Assembly (NCBI GenBank): GCA_963817915.1
Contig: CAWFQL010000020.1
Span: forward strand, 1 to 10,918
Length of the DNA: 10,918 nt
Reading direction: 5' to 3'
Source: an uncultured candidate division Zixibacteria bacterium
Lineage (GTDB): Bacteria; Zixibacteria; MSB-5A5; UBA10806
Under the pieces are notes generated by a model, which searched no databases, was not told where the DNA came from, and saw only the letters and a program-made list of their open reading frames with translations. Below are positions 1 through 5,788 of the stretch, in pieces. Within the stretch, counting starts at the first letter, position 1. Each line of letters begins with the position of its first letter. A program made the position numbers and the translations under genes.

Positions 1-108
1 TAATATCATCTTCTCTGAGGTGCGCTTATCGCCCTGCGATAATTCGATAAAGTACACACCGGATGCATATCTATCTGATGAAAAATCCAATGGTATGCTT
101 ATTTGCAG
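1..108 (-). other. Out-of-frame C-terminal continuation (T9SS type A sorting/Por_Secre_tail-like domain) of the 99..1172 gene; runs off the window edge
   Basis: Minus strand 108->1 translates without a stop as LQISIPLDFSSDRYASGVYFIELSQGDKRTSEKMIL. This is the SGVYF...KMxL second half of the domain whose first half (LSLYPNPFNSQ...INLYDILGRKL) ends the 357-aa ORF. Confidence 0.85.
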
Positions 109-1172
109 TCATGGGGGTTTCCCGAATATATTTCTTCTAATTTCCTGCCAAGGATATCATAGAGATTTATTCTGATCGTACTTCTGTCTGACAAATTCGC
201 GTTGATTACATTCTGCGAATTAAAGGGATTTGGATATAAGCTTAGATTAAGCAAAATTTTATCAGGGTTAACAACCCTTTCGTCGATAGATGTAGGGTCC
301 CATGTCGATACCATAATCTCATAATCGCCGTTTGGCAATCTGTCTCGTTGATTTGAAAAATATAATTTCTGATTATCCGGTGTCGCAGATGCGTTTTGAT
401 CCCAAACAGCGGAATTTATGGGCGTCCGCAAGTTTTCCACATTGCCCCATCCATGGCCATTCCATATGGCTTTAAATATATCTCCTTCTCCTTGCCAACC
501 GGGAACACCGTGCGAACCGGGGCTATCAAAGTAGAGCGTATTGCCATCAGCAGAAACATAAGAAACAATATCGTCAGAGAAGTAATTCACAGGCGCTTCG
601 ACATTAAAGGGAGGCCCCCAATCCCCTGTAGTAGTATCCCAATCCGAATACCATATATCCATAAATCCAAGACTAAATTGGCCGTTTTTTTCATATGCAT
701 CGGTCGTGAAATACATCCGCCGCCCATCGGCCGTGAAACATAGCCCCCATTCAATTGACGGCGAATTTATATTTTCACCCAGGCATTCCGCCGGGCCCCA
801 GCATTGACAACTATCGCTCCAATGTGAACGCCAGATATCCCACATTCCCATCCCCCCATCCCTCCAAGAAATCCAGTAAATCGATTGAAGGTCGGGAGTT
901 ATCGCCACCGCTCTCTGAACCCCTATATAATTAATCGGAGAAGGAAGATACTCACGGGGGCCCCAGTGGTCTCCTTGCCAGTGACTCATTGTTATCGTTC
1001 CCTCAGCAGAAAAGACCATTACGCTCCCATCAGCTGAAAGGTACGGAAAATATTCATCTCCGCTCAGATTAAGTTCGGTTACCGGTACTGGCTCGGTCCA
1101 ACCAGCATAACTCGGCCCGGCCAAAACGAGGGCTAATATTAAGCCCAATATCCCTACTCTAATCTTATTCAT
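99..1172 (-). CDS. Secreted PD40/WD40-like (TolB-type) beta-propeller protein with C-terminal T9SS-type sorting domain, truncated by a frameshift near 99-110
   Basis: Signal peptide MNKIRVGILGLILALVLAGPSYA. Five PD40-like repeats (ELNLSGDEYFPYLSADG, PINYIG..AITPDL, NINSPSIEWGLCFTADG, PVNYFSDDIVSYVSADG, PINSAVWDQNASATPDN). YPNPFN and YDILGR motifs near the C-terminus. AGGGA RBS upstream of the ATG at 1172. Confidence 0.85.
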   Translation of the reverse strand: MNKIRVGILGLILALVLAGPSYAGWTEPVPVTELNLSGDEYFPYLSADGSVMVFSAEGTITMSHWQGDHWGPREYLPSPINYIGVQRAVAITPDLQSIYWISWRDGGMGMWDIWRSHWSDSCQCWGPAECLGENINSPSIEWGLCFTADGRRMYFTTDAYEKNGQFSLGFMDIWYSDWDTTTGDWGPPFNVEAPVNYFSDDIVSYVSADGNTLYFDSPGSHGVPGWQGEGDIFKAIWNGHGWGNVENLRTPINSAVWDQNASATPDNQKLYFSNQRDRLPNGDYEIMVSTWDPTSIDERVVNPDKILLNLSLYPNPFNSQNVINANLSDRSTIRINLYDILGRKLEEIYSGNPHDCK

Positions 1173-1202
1173 TTTTCAATCCCTGCGAGACGTAACTGCT
1201 AT

Positions 1203-1241
1203 ATTATAAACATAAGTTACGAAATATCGATGATTTGTCAA
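1203..1241 (-). promoter_or_regulatory. Candidate sigma70 promoter region for the beta-propeller gene
   Basis: Minus strand TTGACA (1241-1236), 16 nt, TAACTT (1219-1214). A perfect TATAAT also lies at 1208-1203 but lacks a well-spaced -35. Confidence 0.45.
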
Positions 1242-1260
1242 TGGAAATGAGGGGGTTTCC

Positions 1261-1325
1261 TGCGTGTTACAGTTTGCTGTGACCGCATCTTGATCAATTG
1301 CGGTCAGGGCAAGCCCGGACACGCA
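1261..1325. repeat. Inverted doublet of 27-nt palindromic units (REPIN-like, family A)
   Basis: Copy A (+, 1261-1287) TGCGTGTTACAGTTTGCTGTGACCGCA; copy B (-, 1325-1299) TGCGTGTCCGGGCTTGCCCTGACCGCA. Same length, identical ends, each an internal hairpin with a YTTG loop, 11-nt spacer. Confidence 0.7.
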
Positions 1326-1348
1326 AAAAAATGAAAGATTCGGCAGTT

Positions 1349-1411
1349 GTAGGTCGGGTCGCCTGCGACCTGACGAAATAAAGACGTCATTTCCCAGGGG
1401 AAATGACCTAC
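1349..1411. repeat. GTAG-footed REP doublet (REPIN-like, family B)
   Basis: Copy 1 (+, 1349-1375) GTAG GTCGGGTCGC CT GCGACCTGAC G; copy 2 (-, 1411-1385) GTAG GTCATTTCCC CT GGGAAATGAC G. Both have a GTAG foot, a 10-bp stem and a CT centre, and they are inverted relative to each other. Confidence 0.8.
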
Positions 1412-1526
1412 TGCTAAGATGCGACATCTAATTTGGCAATTTTGCCTCCTGACCATCGGCATCCATCAAATATCGGACAAATCCTATAGTCGACCGTTAA
1501 CAGCCGGAATGCGTGTGGAGATACCA

Positions 1527-1541
1527 CGATGAAATTCATCG
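1527..1541. promoter_or_regulatory. Perfect 7-1-7 palindrome, candidate transcription-factor or enhancer-binding-protein site
   Basis: CGATGAA-A-TTCATCG, about 65-80 bp upstream of the candidate sigma54 -24 element. Confidence 0.35.
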
Positions 1542-1603
1542 CAAGTTGCACCGTTAAATGAAGTTACGAGGCGCTGTTCAATTATTGACCGCTTTTATAA
1601 TGA

Positions 1604-1619
1604 GGGTATGAGAGTTGCT
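1604..1619 (+). promoter_or_regulatory. Candidate sigma54 (-24/-12) promoter of the minor-pilin operon
   Basis: GGGTATGAGAGTTGCT: GG(1605-1606)-N10-GC(1617-1618) with TTGCT at -12, compared with consensus TGGCACG-N4-TTGCW. Lies about 50 nt upstream of the ATG at 1670. Confidence 0.5.
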
Positions 1620-1669
1620 TAATTATAGGCGGGGAATAATAAGAATGTCTCGATAGGAGGCTTAAAGTT

Positions 1670-2212
1670 ATGAAAAAATACAGAAATATGCTCAAAGGCA
1701 AATCGGGAGTAACGCTCCTGGAGCTGCTGATCGCGTCATTGATGACAATCCTGGTTACGACTGCGGCGTTCACATTTTTTATCCGGTCTAATCAGCAATA
1801 TTTCTCGCAGGAAAATGTTGCCGAAGCCCAGGAAAATGCCAGCGCGTCGATTGAAGAAATCTCAAGGCAGTTGCGGATGGCGGGATACAATATTCCGGAT
1901 ACCATCAATGCCTTCGAGGTTGATTCGGTAATCGGCGGGCAAGACACATTGGTGATACACCGGGATACATTGGAAATCCGTTATTATATCGATAATTCCG
2001 ACACGCTCAATCCGGATCTCATAAAGGAAGTAAACGGGACCACGGAAATATTCGCCGAACAAATAAGCAGTTTTAAGGTGAATAGAGTCGCGGCGACCTC
2101 GCTAAAAGTTACTTTAAAATCCCGCAGCGACAAAAAGGACTACGATATAATGAGCGGCAAACAGTTTTCCAGAACTGAATCGCAAACCATAACAATCAGG
2201 AATACAAATTGA
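1670..2212 (+). CDS. Type IV minor pilin/pseudopilin, PilW/GspJ-like (prepilin N-terminal cleavage/methylation domain)
   Basis: Class III signal KGKSG|VTLLELLIASLMTILV with E at +5, followed by the PilW-like helix QENA...EEISRQLRMAGY. AGGAGG RBS at 1655-1660. Confidence 0.88.
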   Translation: MKKYRNMLKGKSGVTLLELLIASLMTILVTTAAFTFFIRSNQQYFSQENVAEAQENASASIEEISRQLRMAGYNIPDTINAFEVDSVIGGQDTLVIHRDTLEIRYYIDNSDTLNPDLIKEVNGTTEIFAEQISSFKVNRVAATSLKVTLKSRSDKKDYDIMSGKQFSRTESQTITIRNTN

Positions 2213-2220
2213 GGTGGGCC

Positions 2221-2613
2221 ATGAAGAATATAATGAAAAACCAGAAAGGAATAAGCCTCATTGAGGTAACCGCGGCCATGGTAGTCCTTGCCGTTGGAAT
2301 CTTAGGGCTCGCCCCGATGATGACAATAACAATGGACGCCAACTCCTTTTCGCGGGACCTTAATAGGGCCGATGTCTTGGCGCAGGACAAGTTGGAATCG
2401 TTGAGACTGACAACAACCTTTTCACCGCTACCAGTGATAACAACCGAGAACAATCTCGATGGCCGTTTCCGCCGCACGACGAGAGTGGACGCTTCCGAGT
2501 CGGACGCCACCGTGCCGCCAAGAATCTATCGTATTCACGTCACAATGAACTGGACCGATAAGAACAGTCTTCCGAGATCAGTGGAATATTGGACATATTT
2601 TCCTAAGAACTAG
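2221..2613 (+). CDS. Type IV minor pilin, PilV/GspI-like (130 aa)
   Basis: Class III signal KNQKG|ISLIEVTAAMVVLAVGILGL with E5, plus an A..LAQDKLESLR helix and a C-terminal IHVTMNW strand. GAGGTG at 2211-2216 favours ATG 2221 over the track's TTG 2209. Confidence 0.88.
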   Translation: MKNIMKNQKGISLIEVTAAMVVLAVGILGLAPMMTITMDANSFSRDLNRADVLAQDKLESLRLTTTFSPLPVITTENNLDGRFRRTTRVDASESDATVPPRIYRIHVTMNWTDKNSLPRSVEYWTYFPKN

Positions 2614-2628
2614 GGAAAAGGGAGGAAT

Positions 2629-3234
2629 ATGAATATAAGACGAAACAACGAACGTGGTATCGCAATGATTATTGCCATACCTATCCTGATGATGATTGCG
2701 CTTCTTGGAGTGGTAGCGATCATGAACTCCAATACAAGCGTGGAAACAGCCGGAAGCTCAAAGAGAAGCTCGCAGGCCTTTTATATAGCCGAAGCCGGTC
2801 TCGAAAGAGCTGTCAGCGAATATGTCTGGGGTAATTTCTACGACGAGAACGTTTCCCCATTCGTAAATCCATTCGGCTGGCTCGAAAGCCTGAACGATTC
2901 GACATTTTATAATAATATCAATCTCGGAGCCGAAGGTAATTACTCTGTCAGAGTTACTTCGGTAGTCAATCCGGGCCCGAAAAGCCCTTATATCGATTGC
3001 CGCGATGTAACTATCGAGGCCACAAGCCACGCTACCGGCGGCAATGAAAGTGTAACCCTTGTCGCAACTATGCGATTTGGAATATTGCCCGCCAGCGTCT
3101 TTGATTATTCCTACTTCATTAACCACTTTGGATGGTGGTCGGGTTTTGCAAGCGGAGGCGCTGTCGCCAATGGTAATGTCAGAGCCAATGGTCACTTTCG
3201 ATCTTCTCGCGGGGTATATGACAGTCAATGGTAA
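2629..3234 (+). CDS. PilX/GspK-like minor pilin, N-terminal part of a frameshifted gene (true coding frame to about 3198)
   Basis: NERG|IAMIIAIPILMMIALLG lacks E5, as is typical of PilX/GspK. Contains the PilX N-terminal motif QAFYIAEAGLERA. GGAGG RBS immediately upstream. Protein-like sequence continues in the +1 frame after ANGHF. Confidence 0.85.
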   Translation: MNIRRNNERGIAMIIAIPILMMIALLGVVAIMNSNTSVETAGSSKRSSQAFYIAEAGLERAVSEYVWGNFYDENVSPFVNPFGWLESLNDSTFYNNINLGAEGNYSVRVTSVVNPGPKSPYIDCRDVTIEATSHATGGNESVTLVATMRFGILPASVFDYSYFINHFGWWSGFASGGAVANGNVRANGHFRSSRGVYDSQW

Positions 3235-4567
3235 CCCGCGATTCAACCCTGTTACCGGCGAGGTCATGGATAACGGCGGCGCATACGCCGGCGGATATGT
3301 ATTCCCCACAAGCGGCAGCGGCTACCAGGGAATGGCATCATATGCGGCCAACAGACATAGTTATGCCGGTGCTGATAAATCTGAAGACGATAGGGCGCTT
3401 ATTGAAATGCCTAACCTGAATGACCCTGCTGACCTTGACCATGATGGCAATGTCGATGAATTGAATCCTTATTATATAGCCCTTGCTAATGGTACTCTCG
3501 GCAGCCCAGTTGGAAAAGCCGGAGTTGATACAAATGGCGATGGCATCTTGCAGGCCAGCGAAGTAATTATAACAGGTACATATGGAGACAATGTTGGCGA
3601 AACCGGCAATGTCGCCCTCGTAGGTACAGACACTAATCCAATTATTGTACAGGGCACGGTGGCTGTTACCAGCAATCTTGCTATCAAGGGCACAGTAAAG
3701 GGCAAGGGCTCTTTTTATGTTGGACGGAATACCTATGTGGGCGGCCAGATAAAATACAAGAATGCACTTACAGCCAGGCCGAATTTCAACTACGGGTCGG
3801 AAACACCTGAAGCATATCAAACTCGATTAAATACATGGAAGACCGCTAATGCCAACGCCGATATGGTGGCATTCATGACCGCCAATAATATCGTTGCAGG
3901 CAATTTTACAACCACCACTTGGAAGTCTAATATTCTTAATGGCGCCAGCGGATGGTTGGCGGACTATCGCAATAATGGTTATGAGGATGTCGGAATCGAT
4001 GGTGTATTCGGCAATCTTTCAAGCCAGACCACACCTTATGGCGCCTCGACCAAAGAAGCCGATGGCAAATTTACGGTGGTTATCGCTGATGCCGATGGCA
4101 ATCAGCATATGCAGGATCTTACAATATCCGGCGGAGTCGCCCAGGTCCCCAGCGGGTACCATGTGGTTCCGGGCACCGGTGAAGATGTTGACGGCGATGG
4201 AATCTATGATGCCCCGTACAATTACACCAACGATATTAATATCAATACTACCTTCAACTCGGCTAATTTCTACAATCTCAGCCCGAGTATTTCCAACTAT
4301 ACCGGTTTTTCCGATGCAAGCGTCGCGAAGATGGACGGTATATTTTACACTAACCACGCTATCGCGGGAATGTTTACGGATTATTGCGCGTTCAATGGTT
4401 CAGTTGTGGCGCGAAATGAAGCGATGGTTTTAACAGGCGGCCACGTATCTCTCACCCACGATGATCGTTTGTCATCGAATTACCATGACCTGACAGCCAT
4501 GAACATATATTTGCCGTTAATTAAGAGATATTCAACCGTAAGCTGGATCGATACAGGTATTCGTTAA
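3197..4567 (+). CDS. C-terminal part of the PilX-like protein (Gly/Asn/Asp-rich beta domain with DxDxDG motifs); fused product 2629..4567 would be 645 aa
   Basis: In the 3059..4567 ORF, protein-like sequence begins at FDLLAGYMTVNGNP (3197). Removing one T at 3196-3198 gives GNVRANGHFDLLAGYMTVNGN. Ends with a PilX-type tail FNGSVVARNE...LTHDDRL...YLPLIKRYSTVSW. Confidence 0.8.
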   Translation, partial: FDLLAGYMTVNGNPRFNPVTGEVMDNGGAYAGGYVFPTSGSGYQGMASYAANRHSYAGADKSEDDRALIEMPNLNDPADLDHDGNVDELNPYYIALANGTLGSPVGKAGVDTNGDGILQASEVIITGTYGDNVGETGNVALVGTDTNPIIVQGTVAVTSNLAIKGTVKGKGSFYVGRNTYVGGQIKYKNALTARPNFNYGSETPEAYQTRLNTWKTANANADMVAFMTANNIVAGNFTTTTWKSNILNGASGWLADYRNNGYEDVGIDGVFGNLSSQTTPYGASTKEADGKFTVVIADADGNQHMQDLTISGGVAQVPSGYHVVPGTGEDVDGDGIYDAPYNYTNDININTTFNSANFYNLSPSISNYTGFSDASVAKMDGIFYTNHAIAGMFTDYCAFNGSVVARNEAMVLTGGHVSLTHDDRLSSNYHDLTAMNIYLPLIKRYSTVSWIDTGIR

Positions 4568-4581
4568 TGGAGGGTATGAAG

Positions 4582-5220
4582 ATGCTAAAGACAAAATATT
4601 CGCTGCTAATATGCGTGATGCTGGGGCTATCGTTTACAGCTACGAATGCGATGCAGGTTATTGATGAAAACGCTCTGTGGTCGAGTCATTCCTATGAGCA
4701 AGAACGTCCTGCACCAGAGGCGGTCCAGAGCGAGCTGATTCCTGAAATTATTCATAATCCGCAGCCGCAAATACCATCGACTAAGGACTTCTATATTACC
4801 GCCAGCATCTTGAATTTGGGACTAGGCACTCCGATAATTCATTACCGTTTCGGCGACAGCAAGATATATTTCACGAGAGTCCTGAGACAAACAGATCCGC
4901 AGAATTACGGCTTCAAAATTCTCTCGGCAGCGTTGAATGACGATAAGCTTTCGTATTATATAGAGGTCACAACCGGCACAAAAATACTCGCAACCTATGG
5001 AACATCGGAAAATCCGGTGGTAGTTCAAATCATCTCCCCGCAGCCATTCAATAAGTACCTGATTATGACGGTGGGATTAATAGCGGCATTTCTGGGCGGG
5101 CGATTTGTCATGGCAAAAGTCAAAGCCCAAAAAGCCTTGGCGCTCGCCCAAGCCCAGGCGGCTCCGGTGAAGAAAAGCCAATTCGGGTCAACATTGGCCA
5201 AGCTCTCCAAGGTGCGGTAA
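4582..5220 (+). CDS. Exported, C-terminally membrane-anchored protein with a probable Ig-like beta-sandwich domain; function unknown
   Basis: Signal peptide MLKTKYSLLICVMLGLSFTATNA. Pattern IIHNP...ITASI...IIHYR...YGFKI...LSYYIEV. TM helix YLIMTVGLIAAFLGG followed by a Lys/Ala-rich tail. GGAGG at 4569-4573 fits ATG 4582; the alternative ATG 4567 overlaps the upstream stop (TAATG). Confidence 0.75.
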   Translation: MLKTKYSLLICVMLGLSFTATNAMQVIDENALWSSHSYEQERPAPEAVQSELIPEIIHNPQPQIPSTKDFYITASILNLGLGTPIIHYRFGDSKIYFTRVLRQTDPQNYGFKILSAALNDDKLSYYIEVTTGTKILATYGTSENPVVVQIISPQPFNKYLIMTVGLIAAFLGGRFVMAKVKAQKALALAQAQAAPVKKSQFGSTLAKLSKVR

Positions 5221-5245
5221 TGAATTATACAAAGATAATTCCAAT

Positions 5246-5272
5246 AGCCCCGATTTTTGATCGGGGCTTTTT
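5246..5272 (+). terminator. Rho-independent terminator of the pilin operon
   Basis: AGCCCCGAT-TTTTG-ATCGGGGCT 9-bp stem followed by TTTTATTATTT. Confidence 0.88.
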
Positions 5273-5300
5273 ATTATTTACGTAATAGCCATATTTTAAC

Positions 5301-5330
5301 TTGGCAAACAAATATCTTCTTTGGTATATT
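5301..5330 (+). promoter_or_regulatory. Sigma70 promoter with extended -10
   Basis: TTGGCA (5301-5306), 18 nt, TATATT (5325-5330), preceded by TG at 5322-5323. Lies 21 nt upstream of the ATG at 5352. Confidence 0.6.
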
Positions 5331-5351
5331 TATATTCAAAGGAGAAGGATT

Positions 5352-5540
5352 ATGTGGGTTGGATACTTTCTGATCGCATTGGGACTGCTTTTCGTACTGG
5401 ATAATTTTCATATTCTTCGCGGCGATGTTTGGGAATACGCCTGGCCATTGATATTGATTCTACTTGGCGCATCCATGGTCATAAACCGTTCGAGAAGACA
5501 TTCCCGCGAATCGAAATCCAAAAACGATTCGGAAAAATGA
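5352..5540 (+). CDS. Small two-TM membrane protein, LiaF/LiaI-like (DUF5668-type), 62 aa
   Basis: MWVGYFLIALGLLFVLDNF...WEYAWPLILILLG matches the G..LI.LG..FLL.N....WP.ILI..G pattern. AAGGAG RBS upstream supports ATG 5352 rather than the track's TTG 5301. Confidence 0.8.
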   Translation: MWVGYFLIALGLLFVLDNFHILRGDVWEYAWPLILILLGASMVINRSRRHSRESKSKNDSEK

Positions 5541-5767
5541 CATTGAGGCGCATTGTCGCCTGTCCGAATATTGTGAGCCGCGCCGGCGGGGTTCCGCTGA
5601 CCCAAAGGGTCATGAAACCCGACAGGCGCGTAACCAAAATGAATAGATTCACGAAATATTCAAAATTCAGACTACTTCGGGTTTCATCCCCCGAACCTTG
5701 TTCGGGGGAGCGGAACCCCGCAAGTGGATATTCGCGGAATGGGTTTTGCAACCCGGAATTATCAATG
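5541..5767. repeat. Large nested inverted-repeat, multi-hairpin element (REPIN/MITE-like or structured RNA)
   Basis: Long-range pairs: CATTGA(5541-5546)/TCAATG(5762-5767); CGAATATT(5565-5572)/GATATTCG(5727-5734); GCGGGGTTCCGC(5586-5597)/GCGGAACCCCGC(5710-5721); TGAAACCCGA(5613-5622)/TCGGGTTTCA(5677-5686). Local hairpins at 5598-5612 and 5687-5709. Confidence 0.75.
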
Positions 5768-5788
5768 CCCCATTAATGAGGAGGTTTT

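Noticed and set aside
117..123. Canonical -1 slippery heptamer G_GGA_AAC on the minus strand, just before the premature stop of the propeller gene
   Set aside because: A -1 slip here meets TGA (111-109) two codons later, so it cannot restore the C-terminal domain.
1176..1427. 83-aa minus-strand ORF in the divergent intergenic region
   Set aside because: It runs through two palindromic repeat doublets and the predicted promoter, and has no recognisable motif or clear RBS.
1433..1446. TTGGCAATTTTGCC as a sigma54 site
   Set aside because: GG-to-GC spacing is 7 nt rather than the required 10. It is only a short palindrome.
1290..1560. Possible c-di-GMP-I (GEMM) riboswitch ahead of the pilin operon (GGGCAAGCCC...ACGCAAAA at 1307-1328)
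   Set aside because: The P2 GNRA tetraloop/receptor architecture and P3 are not present, and the pairing is explained by the inverted repeat doublet. An Rfam cmscan would settle it.
1585..1601. TTGACC and TATAAT as a sigma70 promoter
   Set aside because: The two hexamers are only 5 nt apart.
3059..3196. N-terminal 46 codons of the 502-aa ORF as an independent gene start
   Set aside because: They overlap the genuine PilX frame, start at TTG without an RBS and are not protein-like. The ORF is the frameshifted continuation of 2629..3198.
5541..5767. 6S RNA, SRP RNA, tRNA or CRISPR array interpretation of the structured element
   Set aside because: No SRP helix-8 motif, no tRNA cloverleaf or T-loop, and no direct repeats with spacers. 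Perfect inverted arms with inserted hairpins are unlike the 6S rod with a central bubble, although 6S was not excluded computationally.
5429..5776. 115-aa plus-strand ORF, and minus-strand ORFs 5408..5605 and 5479..5751, across the structured element
   Set aside because: They overlap the LiaF-like gene and a GC-rich inverted repeat, which tends to create spurious open frames on both strands. No domain-like features.
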